The notes: generated by a model from the sequence alone, not told the origin. 36,850 bases of DNA from Sphingomonadales bacterium (GCA_046093525.1 JBJTFT010000052.1:1-36850), one strand, 5' to 3'; positions 18,158 to 27,468 are shown, numbered from the stretch's first letter. A program made the numbers and translations.

Positions 18158-19720
18158 ATGATGCGCCTCTTTTTGATCGTATTGTCCATGCTCTTGCTCG
18201 TTCAGGGCCCCCAAATCCTGAACGCGCAGCGTATCGTCTACTCCGATCCCGAGACCGCCGACACCCGCCGCCTCAATTATGAGATCATTGGCAAGGTGGG
18301 CGGAAAATTCCTGATCTTTAAGAACAATCGATTGCGCAGCTGGATCTCGGTACTCGACGAGGACATGCAGTCACTGGGTCGCGAGGAGATCGGCTACATG
18401 CCCTCCAACGAAAAGACCCTGAATGTCGATTTTTTCCCTTACGCGGACTATGCGTGGATGATCTACCAATACCAACGGCGTAATGTAATTTACTGTATGG
18501 CCGCCCAGCTCGACGGTAACGGCAAGCGAATGGGCGAGTTGATCGAGCTCGATACCACGCATCTTAGTTTTTCTTCGGATAATAAACTCTATGCGGTAGT
18601 CAGCAGTGAAGACAGAAAGCGTATCGCCGTATTCAAGATCAACAGCAGCGACCGCGATGAGTACAGAATGAGCAAGCTGCTCTTTAACGAAAAGCTGGTG
18701 CCTATGGGCCGAGCCGAGGTGCTGATCCCCATGTCGGACCGAGGCGATCAGTTGGGCGATTTCGCCCTCGATAACCAGGGTGATTTGCTCTTTAGCCGTT
18801 TTTTGCGGGGCAATAACGACAACATCACCAAGGCCTCCATTTTGGTACTACCTGCCTCGCAGTCACGTTTACAAGAGACGCCTTTACCTGTGGGGGAGAA
18901 TGGGCCCTTTCTCGATGAGATCAAGATCAAGATCGACAACGTCAATCAACGCTATATCCTGACCTCGCTCTATAGCAAAGAAAGGAGATCTGGCATCGAT
19001 GGTTGCTTCTTTTATGTCTGGGATAAGCAGACCCGCCAACCTGTGGTCAACCTGCTACATGAATTCTCCGACGAACTTCGCCAAGAGGCCAAAGGCAATG
19101 CGACCGCTCGTACGGCCTTCAATGACTTTTTTATTCGGCAGATCATCGTAAAAAGAGATGGTGGGTTCATTGTCGGTAGTGAGGCTTATTACACCACTTC
19201 CAGAGCCAATAATTGGAACCGGTACGATTACATCTACGGATCTCCATTTATGGGCTTCAATAATTTTTACTATAGCTCTCCTTATTATAACCGGTACTGG
19301 TGGGGATCTTCTCCCGCTTTCGGGTGGGGGATGCCTGGCGGTCGCACCAATGCGGCTGTGCGCTACCATGCCGACAACATCATGGTACAGTCGTACGATC
19401 CCGTAGGACAGTTACAATGGAGTCGGGTGGTCGCCAAAACCCAGTTCGACGATGAGGTCGACGACCTACTCTCGTTCAACATGATGGTACTGGGAGGCGA
19501 ATTGCACTTGCTCTATAACCAGCAAGACCGCCGCGATAAGCTACTCAATGATTTTGCCTTGCAACCGGCCGGAGAGTTGATCCGGAATACCGACCTAAAG
19601 AATCTCGAGAAAGGTCATCAGTTCATGCCCGTGCGTGGAAAACAAGTTAGTGCCCGCCAGTTGATCATTCCAACCGTATATCGTAGTTATATTTGCTTTG
19701 CCAAGCTGGAATACAACTAA
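18158..19720 (+). CDS. Hypothetical exported protein, beta-rich, with aromatic Y/W/G/N-rich segment
   Basis: Long ORF; signal peptide MMRLFLIVLSMLLLVQGPQILNA-Q. ATG 18158 chosen because a TACCTTTA box (18145-18152) precedes it. No recognisable catalytic motif. Confidence 0.8.
   Translation: MMRLFLIVLSMLLLVQGPQILNAQRIVYSDPETADTRRLNYEIIGKVGGKFLIFKNNRLRSWISVLDEDMQSLGREEIGYMPSNEKTLNVDFFPYADYAWMIYQYQRRNVIYCMAAQLDGNGKRMGELIELDTTHLSFSSDNKLYAVVSSEDRKRIAVFKINSSDRDEYRMSKLLFNEKLVPMGRAEVLIPMSDRGDQLGDFALDNQGDLLFSRFLRGNNDNITKASILVLPASQSRLQETPLPVGENGPFLDEIKIKIDNVNQRYILTSLYSKERRSGIDGCFFYVWDKQTRQPVVNLLHEFSDELRQEAKGNATARTAFNDFFIRQIIVKRDGGFIVGSEAYYTTSRANNWNRYDYIYGSPFMGFNNFYYSSPYYNRYWWGSSPAFGWGMPGGRTNAAVRYHADNIMVQSYDPVGQLQWSRVVAKTQFDDEVDDLLSFNMMVLGGELHLLYNQQDRRDKLLNDFALQPAGELIRNTDLKNLEKGHQFMPVRGKQVSARQLIIPTVYRSYICFAKLEYN
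19688..19695 (+). promoter_or_regulatory. Candidate internal -7 box for the downstream membrane-protein gene
   Basis: TATATTTG inside the 3' end of the upstream CDS, about 40 nt before TTG 19735. Confidence 0.4.
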
Positions 19721-19734
19721 ACAGACCGTCTGCT

Positions 19735-20730
19735 TTGATCGCTATTTTTTTAAAGAGAAGTCCGCTCAATCTTTTGTTGTTATTGCTTTTTGCGGTAGTG
19801 GTCAAAATTCCTTTGTGGACCACGCCCCAGTTGCCTATCCGTAGTTCGTTGGATGGGGAACTTTACACCCAGCTATTGGCTTGGTTGTCGCGTGCCGGTG
19901 TTGCCACCCCGCTGTTTTATTCCCTGCTCGCTTTTTCGTTGCTATTCGGACAAGCGCTGTTCTTGAACTATTTCTTTAGCCAGCAAAAAATGCTCAACCA
20001 GAGTACCGATCTGCCGGGTATGGCGTATCTATTGCTCACGTCTTTGTTTCCTCAATGGAGTTATTGTAGCGCTCCTCTGTTGATGAATGGGGTAGTCCTT
20101 TATTTATTGTTTTTATTATTCAGATTGTATAACCACGGCGAGGTCCGCGCAGCCCTCTTTAACATGGGACTGCTGGTGGGTACTTCGTATTTTTTATATG
20201 AGCCCTCTTTTTTGCTGGTGCTCTGGGTGCTTCCGGCCATCGCCATCATACGTTCTTTTACCATTCAGGACTGGATGGTGACCTTGCTGGGGTTGGTTAC
20301 GCCATTTTATTTTTTTGGGGTCTGGCTTTTTTTGAACAATGGCTGGCCGCTGCCGCCCTTTTTGATGGTAGCCGACTGGAAACTGCCCACCTTTACCGGT
20401 ATTGCTTTTTGGAAGGCCGGCGCGCTATTATTGTTATTGTTGCCCTTGTTGGCCGGGCTCTATTATGTGCAAGACAATACCCGAAAAATGCTCATTCAGG
20501 TAAGAAGGGGTTGGTCCGTATTGTTCTTATTGCTACTGCTCACACTCGCCATGGCCCTATTCTTAGATGAGACCCCCGCCGGGTGGATGCTGTTGCTATT
20601 GCCGCTGGTGTTTTATCATGCTTGTTTTTATTCGCAGTCAACGTTTCGGGTGATCCCCTTATTGATTTTCTGGCTCTCCTTCTTTTATGTTCTGGCCGGT
20701 CAGTTTTCGGGTTCCGGCTGGAAAATCTAA
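19735..20730 (+). CDS. Polytopic membrane protein, resembles DUF6427 family
   Basis: About 9-10 hydrophobic segments, G(L)VTPFYF motif. TTG 19735 (MIAIFLKRSP) avoids overlap with the upstream gene. Family call is from recollection only. Confidence 0.65.
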   Translation: MIAIFLKRSPLNLLLLLLFAVVVKIPLWTTPQLPIRSSLDGELYTQLLAWLSRAGVATPLFYSLLAFSLLFGQALFLNYFFSQQKMLNQSTDLPGMAYLLLTSLFPQWSYCSAPLLMNGVVLYLLFLLFRLYNHGEVRAALFNMGLLVGTSYFLYEPSFLLVLWVLPAIAIIRSFTIQDWMVTLLGLVTPFYFFGVWLFLNNGWPLPPFLMVADWKLPTFTGIAFWKAGALLLLLLPLLAGLYYVQDNTRKMLIQVRRGWSVLFLLLLLTLAMALFLDETPAGWMLLLLPLVFYHACFYSQSTFRVIPLLIFWLSFFYVLAGQFSGSGWKI

Positions 20731-20753
20731 GCGACCCGCTCCGCTACATTAGT

Positions 20754-20761
20754 TATCTTTG
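20754..20761 (+). promoter_or_regulatory. -7 promoter box for purQ and the DsbD genes
   Basis: TATCTTTG in the intergenic gap, 20 nt before the purQ ATG. Confidence 0.7.
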
Positions 20762-20781
20762 TCTCTCTAATTACTGCGATC

Positions 20782-21459
20782 ATGAAATTTGGTATTGTCG
20801 TTTTTCCCGGCTCCAATTGCGACCAGGATATGTATGATGCGCTACGGTACGATCTAAAGCAGGATGCACGCATGTTGTGGCATAAGGACCGTGACCTCAG
20901 TGATTTTGACGAGCGGGACTGTATCGTATTGCCTGGAGGATTTTCCTACGGAGACTACTTGCGTTGTGGGGCCATTGCCCGGTTTAGTCCGATGATGCAA
21001 TCGGTGATCGAGTTTGCCGGCCGAGGGGGGAAGGTATTCGGGGTTTGTAACGGCTTTCAGATCTTGTGTGAGTCGCAGTTACTGCCCGGGGCCCTCTTGC
21101 GTAATGCGCAACAGCAATTTGTATGCAGCAATACCTTTCTTCGCGATCAGTCCGGTCGTGTATACAAAATTCCTGTCGCCCATGGCGAAGGACGTTACCA
21201 CGGGTCAGAAGCCTTACTCGATAGTCTCGAGGCTAATCAACAGGTCCTTTTTCGCTATTGTGAAGCCGATGGCCGTGTTACCGAAAACGCTTGCCCTAAC
21301 GGGTCTAGCCGCAATATTGCCGGCATCTGTAATGCTACCCGTAATGTGTTTGGTATGATGCCACATCCGGAGCGCGCTTGTTCCACTACGCTCGGTAATA
21401 CCGATGGAAGAGCCATCATCACCGATCTCTTAATCAATAGCGTCTTGCAACCTGTCTAA
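20782..21459 (+). CDS. purQ: Phosphoribosylformylglycinamidine synthase subunit PurQ
   Basis: [34 protein letters not shown] and GMMPHPER. Confidence 0.97.
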   Translation: MKFGIVVFPGSNCDQDMYDALRYDLKQDARMLWHKDRDLSDFDERDCIVLPGGFSYGDYLRCGAIARFSPMMQSVIEFAGRGGKVFGVCNGFQILCESQLLPGALLRNAQQQFVCSNTFLRDQSGRVYKIPVAHGEGRYHGSEALLDSLEANQQVLFRYCEADGRVTENACPNGSSRNIAGICNATRNVFGMMPHPERACSTTLGNTDGRAIITDLLINSVLQPV

Positions 21460-21476
21460 GTGACCAAACTAATTTT

Positions 21477-21929
21477 ATGAAAAAGTCGGTTTTTTCTTTT
21501 CTATTGTTGGTGGCTTTCTCAGTTGCGCAAGCGCAACTGCAGCCTGTGATTTGGAGCTATGGTGCCAAAAAGACCGCCGATCGCACCTACGAAGTAGAAA
21601 TTAAGGCCATTATCAAAGCGGGCTGGCATCTTTTTTCGCAGACACAACCCGCCGATGCTATCGCTATTCCAACGACATTTTCGATCAATCCCAACCCTTT
21701 GTTGATTCGCAAGGGAACCCTTCGTGAGATCGGCAAACTCGAAAAGTACAAAGACAAAACCTTGGGAGTAACTGCTTATCAGTATTCCGGTCAGGTTCGC
21801 TTTGCACAAACTATTGTACTTAAGGCCAAGGCCAAGACAGTATTCGCAGGTTCCGTAGAGTTTCAAACCTGCGATGATGAGAAATGTCTGCCTCCTCAGA
21901 AAGTAAATTTTTCAATCCCCCTTCAATAG
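21477..21929 (+). CDS. Stand-alone periplasmic DsbD N-terminal (alpha) domain protein
   Basis: Signal peptide (AQA-Q), GWHLFS, and G.VEFQTCDDEKCLPP with the C-x4-C pair typical of the DsbD-alpha Ig fold. Confidence 0.85.
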   Translation: MKKSVFSFLLLVAFSVAQAQLQPVIWSYGAKKTADRTYEVEIKAIIKAGWHLFSQTQPADAIAIPTTFSINPNPLLIRKGTLREIGKLEKYKDKTLGVTAYQYSGQVRFAQTIVLKAKAKTVFAGSVEFQTCDDEKCLPPQKVNFSIPLQ

Positions 21930-21932
21930 GGT

Positions 21933-23879
21933 ATGGCTAACCTCTACCGCCTGTTTATACCTTTTGTTTTTTTGCTGCTGCCCCTACTGGGTAGTGCACA
22001 GCCAACGGACTTTGTGCCAGCGTGGAAGGTGGTAGCGCAACCCCAAAACGAGGGGCAGTATCTAGTACGTTTCTCCGCACAGTTCTCCGGTGGGTGGCAG
22101 CTCTATGCACCCGATCAGGTCTTGCTGGATGTGCCTGTAGTCTTACTGCAATTTGCGGACAGCAGCATAGCTGTCGATCCCAAGATAAAGTTTAGTCCGG
22201 CTGCCACTACAGTCTCTAGTGAGTTGTTTGGCCAGCCGGTTGCCATACAGCAAGGGCAAGTTCAATGGGAGTTTTCCATTCAAATTAAAGGACCTGTTCC
22301 TTCAGTCCTGTCGGGTCAACTTTTTTATACCTATGGCAAGGGCGACATCTTTTATCCATCTAGTGTCTTTTCTTTTCAGGTTCCTTTACAAGGAGGGCAA
22401 TCGACCGTGTCGATCGAAAGGGGAAGCCTGTTGCGCTCCTCACCTTTGGCATCTTGCGGAGATGAATCGCCCGGTAATAAAAGTCTGTTGCAGATATTTT
22501 TACTTGGCCTATTGGGTGGATTGATCGCATTGCTTACCCCTTGTGTATTTCCCATGGTGCCGGTTACGGTCACTTATTTTACAAAACGATCGGTCAACCG
22601 CCAGGCCGGTATCTTGCAAGCAGGGTTTTACGGTTTTTTTATTTTTTTGATCTATGTACTGATCACCGTTCCCTTTCATGTGGCGGGCAATGCCATTAGT
22701 CCCGAGATCTTCAACAATATCTCGACCAATGTTTGGCTCAATCTGCTGTTCTTTGTGGTATTTGTAGCGTTTGCACTCTCCTTTTTTGGACTTTATGAGA
22801 TCGGATTACCTGCTTCGTTCGCCAATCGTACCGATGCGCGTTCCGGGTTGGGCAATGTAGCCGGCCTGTTCTTTATGGCCTCGACCCTGGCCATTGTTTC
22901 TTTTTCTTGTACGGGCCCCATTCTGGGTACCCTACTGGTCGGGGTGGTCGAGCAGGGCGCTTGGCCCCTAACGATCGGAGCGGCAGGTTTTGGATTGGCC
23001 TTGGGATTACCCTTTGCCCTATTTGCCTTGTTTCCGCATTGGTTGCAATCGCTCCCCCGCAGCGGCAGTTGGATGACAGAATTCAAAGTCATATTGGGAT
23101 GCGTGGAGCTGGCCCTTGCCATCAAGTTCTTATCGAACGCAGATTTGGTAGAGCAGTGGGGATTGGTAAAGCGCGAGATCTTTTTTGGCCTGTGGATACT
23201 GATTGGGTTTGCAATGATGATCTACTTGAGTGGCTGGAAACGAGATATGCGGCCTGCCAAGGGTAGCCGCAAACCTTTTTTGCGTTGGGCATTGATAGGA
23301 TTGATCGGCGCGTTTACCCTCTACATGGTGCCCGGTCTTACGAACACCGCCTGGGCCGATCGAAAACTCATTAGTGGATTTCCGCCTCCGCTCACCTATA
23401 GTATCTATTCGAAAGAAAAAACCAAGGCCGGTCCGCTGCAACCTTTGCATAATGATTACGAGCAGGCACTCCAGTTGGCTCGCACGCAAGGCAAACCTAT
23501 TTTGATCGATTTTACCGGATGGGCCTGTGTCAACTGCCGAAGAATGGAAGAGAAGGTGTGGCCCGATCCTCGCGTGGAGCGTCTGATGCGGGAGGAGTTC
23601 GTGGTGTTATCGCTGTATGTGGATGAACGAAAGAAATTGCCGCTTACGGAGCAACAAGTAGTGTCAATGCCGGATGGCAGTACGCGAACATTAGTGACCG
23701 TGGGAGATAAATGGGCCCATTTTCAGATCAAGTATTTCGGGGCGACCTCGCAACCGCAGTATGCTATGATAACAGCCGATGAGCAAATCCTGGCTAGACC
23801 TAAATTTTATACACCCGACGCTACTGAATTTGCTGATTGGCTGTCATGTGGTCTGGCCGCTTATCGTAAGCTTCCCTGA
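21933..23879 (+). CDS. dsbD: Thiol:disulfide interchange protein DsbD family (alpha-like, TM and thioredoxin domains)
   Basis: [11 protein letters not shown] and SFSCTGP TM cysteines, LPRSGSWM, and [14 protein letters not shown] thioredoxin domain. Confidence 0.9.
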   Translation: MANLYRLFIPFVFLLLPLLGSAQPTDFVPAWKVVAQPQNEGQYLVRFSAQFSGGWQLYAPDQVLLDVPVVLLQFADSSIAVDPKIKFSPAATTVSSELFGQPVAIQQGQVQWEFSIQIKGPVPSVLSGQLFYTYGKGDIFYPSSVFSFQVPLQGGQSTVSIERGSLLRSSPLASCGDESPGNKSLLQIFLLGLLGGLIALLTPCVFPMVPVTVTYFTKRSVNRQAGILQAGFYGFFIFLIYVLITVPFHVAGNAISPEIFNNISTNVWLNLLFFVVFVAFALSFFGLYEIGLPASFANRTDARSGLGNVAGLFFMASTLAIVSFSCTGPILGTLLVGVVEQGAWPLTIGAAGFGLALGLPFALFALFPHWLQSLPRSGSWMTEFKVILGCVELALAIKFLSNADLVEQWGLVKREIFFGLWILIGFAMMIYLSGWKRDMRPAKGSRKPFLRWALIGLIGAFTLYMVPGLTNTAWADRKLISGFPPPLTYSIYSKEKTKAGPLQPLHNDYEQALQLARTQGKPILIDFTGWACVNCRRMEEKVWPDPRVERLMREEFVVLSLYVDERKKLPLTEQQVVSMPDGSTRTLVTVGDKWAHFQIKYFGATSQPQYAMITADEQILARPKFYTPDATEFADWLSCGLAAYRKLP

Positions 23880-24451
23880 GTATTTTTTTGCGTCATCATT
23901 TTGCGCAAGTTGATGAGTCCGTATCGCATACGACCCAAGGCCGTGTTGATGCTGCAGTCGGTAAGACGGGCAATATCCTTAAAGCTCATGTCGGCGTAGT
24001 GGCGCAGTACAATCACCTCTCGCTGGTCCTCCGGTAGCTGCAACAGCATCTCTTTGACCCGATCGTGACTTTGTCTTTTGATCATTACGGTTTCGGGACT
24101 GTCTTCGGTAAATTGAAGTACCTCGAATACGTCTTGATCTTCGCTATTACGAATAACGGGGCTGCGCTTAACTTTTCTAAAATGATCGACACAGCAATTG
24201 TGCGCGATGCGCATGGCCCAGGGTAAGAATTTTCCTTCTTCGGTGTAGCGACCGGCCCTTACCGTATCGATGATTTTGATAAAGACATCCTGAAAAATAT
24301 CTTCGGCCAGAAATTTATCCTTGACCAAGAAGTAGATCGATGTATAGAGTTTGTCCTTATGACGCAGCACCAATGTCTCCATGGCCATGAGGTTGCCATC
24401 TTGAAAAAGACGCACCAACTCGAGATCCGATTGTTTCGATAGGGGATGCAT
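23861..24451 (-). CDS. ECF-type sigma-70 family RNA polymerase sigma factor
   Basis: Region 2 [11 protein letters not shown]...[16 protein letters not shown]; region 4 LPEDQREV...MSFKDIA...[11 protein letters not shown]. Confidence 0.93.
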   Translation of the reverse strand: MHPLSKQSDLELVRLFQDGNLMAMETLVLRHKDKLYTSIYFLVKDKFLAEDIFQDVFIKIIDTVRAGRYTEEGKFLPWAMRIAHNCCVDHFRKVKRSPVIRNSEDQDVFEVLQFTEDSPETVMIKRQSHDRVKEMLLQLPEDQREVIVLRHYADMSFKDIARLTDCSINTALGRMRYGLINLRKMMTQKNTQGSLR

Positions 24452-24452
24452 G

Positions 24453-24528
24453 ACTTTTACGCTTTGTACTGCCGCGGCAGTGGTTTTTCAATAAAGGACT
24501 GCCAGGGGCAGCGTTGTTGCGTAAAAGT
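24453..24528 (-). promoter_or_regulatory. Putative structured 5' leader (three-way junction) of the ECF sigma gene
   Basis: Perfect 10-bp outer stem ACTTTTACGC/GCGTAAAAGT enclosing two CTGC(C)..(G)GCAG hairpins; ends 1 nt before the ATG. Confidence 0.55.
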
Positions 24529-24575
24529 GGACGATAGGCCGTTCGGTTTAGTTACTGGCCGGATTACCCGGTCTG

Positions 24576-24606
24576 TGAAGATAGCGATTCTTGTCGAAAC
24601 TACCAA
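24576..24606 (-). promoter_or_regulatory. Candidate promoter for the ECF sigma gene
   Basis: Minus strand TTG-N20-TATCTTCA (degenerate -33/-7). An alternative box TAGTTTCG lies at 24595-24602. Confidence 0.4.
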
Positions 24607-24658
24607 CTAGATGGCATAGGGTCACAAGAGGCCCTGCCAAAAAAATGTTAATTGCCTT

Positions 24659-24666
24659 TACCTTTG
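24659..24666 (+). promoter_or_regulatory. -7 promoter box for uvrA
   Basis: TACCTTTG, 12 nt before ATG 24679. Confidence 0.7.
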
Positions 24667-24678
24667 ACGATCAACGCT

Positions 24679-27468
24679 ATGTCTTTGCAATCTCCCATAC
24701 AGATCCGCGGCGCCCGCATGCACAATTTAAAAAATGTATCGGTCGACATTCCCAGAAAAAAACTGGTCGTGATCACCGGCGTGTCCGGATCGGGTAAATC
24801 CTCGCTCGCCATCGATACGCTATATGCCGAAGGCCAACGACGTTATGCAGAGAGTTTGAGTGCGTATGCACGGCAATTTCTGGACCGTATGAACAAGCCG
24901 GAGGTAGACATGATCAAGGGATTGAGTCCGGCCATTGCCATCGAACAAAAAGTGATCACACGAACCGCCCGCAGTACCGTAGGAAGTCTCACCGAGATCT
25001 ATGAGTATCTGCGGTTATTATTTGCCAGAGTAGGCACCACGCTCTCTCCGGTATCGGGTCTTCCGGTCAAGAAAGATCAATTAAGCGATGTGGTCGATGC
25101 GATCAGTGCCGCCAACAAGGGAGATAAGGTCTTTATTCTGGCCCCTTTTTTAAAGACCGGTAAACGACTGCTTCGTGAGGAGTTATCCATTTTACAGCAA
25201 AAAGGATTTACGCGCGTCATGGTCTCGCTGATAAAGAAAGATGTCTTTGATACGAAACAGCTCGACGAGTTGCTGGACCTTACCGATAAGGCCTTGTCTT
25301 CGTACAAGCTACACCATGTGGTGATCGATCGCATCGTGGTCAAATCGTTCAGTGAAGAGGACCTGCACCGACTCGCCGACTCGGTAGGGCTGGCCTTTGC
25401 CGAAGGCGAAGGACATTGCTCCTTGTTGGTCAACGAAACCCGCTTCGTACATTTCAATAATCGCTTCGAGTGTGATGGGATGTTATTCGAAGAACCTTCG
25501 CCTCAACTCTTTTCGTTCAATAACCCCTACGGCGCTTGTCCGGTCTGTGAGGGTTTTTCGCAAGTGCTGGGTATCGATCCCGATCTGGTCATTCCCAATA
25601 AGCAGTTGAGTGTTTACGAAGGAGGAGTGGCGCCTTGGAAGGGTGAGAAAATGGACTGGTGGAGACAGCAATTCATAAAAGGGGCCAAGAAGATCGATTT
25701 TCCCATACACAAACCCATCGCCTCACTGACGGCCAAGCAGTACAAGCAACTCTGGGAGGGGGCCTCGGGTATTTATGGTATCGATGATTTTTTTAAGGAT
25801 GTGGAGGCGCATTTGTACAAGGTGCAGTTTCGGGTGATGCTAAGTCGCTACCGGGGACGTACCAATTGTCCTTCTTGTCAGGGCTATCGCTTACGAAAAG
25901 AGGCATTGTATGTACAAATTGATGGGCATCATATAGGGGAGTGCTGCACCATGCCTGCTTCGGAATTAGCACGGTGGGTTAAGGGGCTCGATAAAAAATT
26001 GAATGCGCATCAACAAAAGATCGCCTCTCGTATTCTGATCGAACTCAATAGTCGAATAGAGACCCTGTTAAAAGTGGGGTTGGGTTATCTCACGCTACAC
26101 CGGCTTGCCAACTCGCTAAGTGGTGGAGAAAGCCAGCGTATTCAGCTTATCCGCAGTCTGGGCTCTACCCTTACGGATTCACTTTATATTCTCGATGAAC
26201 CTTCCATTGGGCTTCATCCCCGCGATACCGCTAATTTGATCACTGTACTAAAAGAATTACGTGACTTGGGTAACACGGTGCTGGTGGTAGAACACGACGC
26301 CCAAATGATGCAAGAGGCCGATCATATCATCGATATGGGTCCGTTGGCCTCTCATTTGGGAGGAGAGGTTGTTGCAGCGGGTTCGCCTGCCGCGTTGCTT
26401 CGTAATAAAGAGAGCCTGACCGGCCGTTACTTAAGTGGAGCGTTACAATTGGAGATTCCACAAAAGCCTCGTATCAGCAAGCGATCGCTCGATATCAAAG
26501 GGGCAGCGCAGCATAATCTTAAAAATATCGATGTTGCCATTCCGTTGCAGGTGCTTTGCGCCGTGTGCGGGGTGAGCGGAAGTGGTAAGACCACTTTGAT
26601 CAAGCAGATCCTTTATCCTGCCCTAAAAAGACAGTTGGGTGATTATAGTGTGGCGCCCGGCATTTTTTCCGGACTCTCGGGCGACTTGGACCTGATCAAC
26701 CAGGTGGAACTGATCGATCAAAACCCTATTGGCAAGTCATCGCGAAGCAATCCCGTAACGTATATAAAAGCCTACGACGAGATACGGGATCTCTTTGCCG
26801 ATCAACCCTTGAGTAAGATGAGAGGGTTTCAACCTCGTCATTTTTCGTTCAACGTAGATGCCGGTCGCTGCGACACCTGTAAAGGCGAAGGAGAGCAGGT
26901 GGTCGAGATGCAGTTTTTGGCCGATGTGCACCTGCTGTGTGAATCTTGCGGTGGTAAACGCTTCAAAGACGAGGTACTCGAAGTAACCTATAACGAAAGA
27001 TCGATCCACCAGGTGCTGGAGATGAGCGTAGACGAAGCGATCAGTTTCTTTGCCGCAGAAAAAGCCGTTACCAAAGCCTTGCAACCGCTACAAGACGTGG
27101 GATTGGGCTATATCAAGCTAGGCCAATCCGCGAATACGTTATCGGGAGGTGAGGCCCAACGGGTCAAGCTGGCCTCTTTCTTAGGTAAGGGCAAGGCCGG
27201 TCATTCTATCTTGTTTATTTTCGACGAGCCCACGACCGGCCTACATTTTCATGACATCGGTAAACTACTTCAATCCTTTCAGGCGCTGATCGCTCAAGGT
27301 CACTCCATAGTGGTCATAGAACATAACACCGATGTGCTCAAAGCGGCCGACTGGATCATTGAGCTGGGTCCCGATGCCGGTGATAAGGGTGGCGCGATCA
27401 CCTTTAGTGGCACCCCGGCACAATTAAAAAAATCCGCAAAGAGTAAAACGGCCCCCTTCTTACAATAA
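24679..27468 (+). CDS. uvrA: Excinuclease ABC subunit UvrA
   Basis: GARMHNLKN, two Walker A motifs (GVSGSGKS, GVSGSGKT), LYAEGQRRY, FSFNNPYGAC, two LSGGE signatures and DEP motifs. ATG 24679 preferred over TTG 24652. Confidence 0.96.
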   Translation: MSLQSPIQIRGARMHNLKNVSVDIPRKKLVVITGVSGSGKSSLAIDTLYAEGQRRYAESLSAYARQFLDRMNKPEVDMIKGLSPAIAIEQKVITRTARSTVGSLTEIYEYLRLLFARVGTTLSPVSGLPVKKDQLSDVVDAISAANKGDKVFILAPFLKTGKRLLREELSILQQKGFTRVMVSLIKKDVFDTKQLDELLDLTDKALSSYKLHHVVIDRIVVKSFSEEDLHRLADSVGLAFAEGEGHCSLLVNETRFVHFNNRFECDGMLFEEPSPQLFSFNNPYGACPVCEGFSQVLGIDPDLVIPNKQLSVYEGGVAPWKGEKMDWWRQQFIKGAKKIDFPIHKPIASLTAKQYKQLWEGASGIYGIDDFFKDVEAHLYKVQFRVMLSRYRGRTNCPSCQGYRLRKEALYVQIDGHHIGECCTMPASELARWVKGLDKKLNAHQQKIASRILIELNSRIETLLKVGLGYLTLHRLANSLSGGESQRIQLIRSLGSTLTDSLYILDEPSIGLHPRDTANLITVLKELRDLGNTVLVVEHDAQMMQEADHIIDMGPLASHLGGEVVAAGSPAALLRNKESLTGRYLSGALQLEIPQKPRISKRSLDIKGAAQHNLKNIDVAIPLQVLCAVCGVSGSGKTTLIKQILYPALKRQLGDYSVAPGIFSGLSGDLDLINQVELIDQNPIGKSSRSNPVTYIKAYDEIRDLFADQPLSKMRGFQPRHFSFNVDAGRCDTCKGEGEQVVEMQFLADVHLLCESCGGKRFKDEVLEVTYNERSIHQVLEMSVDEAISFFAAEKAVTKALQPLQDVGLGYIKLGQSANTLSGGEAQRVKLASFLGKGKAGHSILFIFDEPTTGLHFHDIGKLLQSFQALIAQGHSIVVIEHNTDVLKAADWIIELGPDAGDKGGAITFSGTPAQLKKSAKSKTAPFLQ

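Noticed and set aside
19693-19734. N-terminal extension of the membrane protein given by the ORF track
   Set aside because: It overlaps the upstream CDS and the candidate promoter box; TTG 19735 is a more plausible start.
24453-24528. Inverted repeats as a MITE/IS remnant, tRNA or intrinsic terminator
   Set aside because: No target-site duplication or second copy in the window, no tRNA cloverleaf or T-loop, and it lies between divergent genes directly against a start codon.
24600-24678. SOS/LexA box upstream of uvrA
   Set aside because: No CTGT-N8-ACAG, GAAC-N4-GTTC or other convincing palindrome is visible.
24591-24797. 68-aa ORF and the TTG 24652 extension upstream of uvrA
   Set aside because: Both span the TACCTTTG promoter box, and UvrA similarity starts right after ATG 24679.
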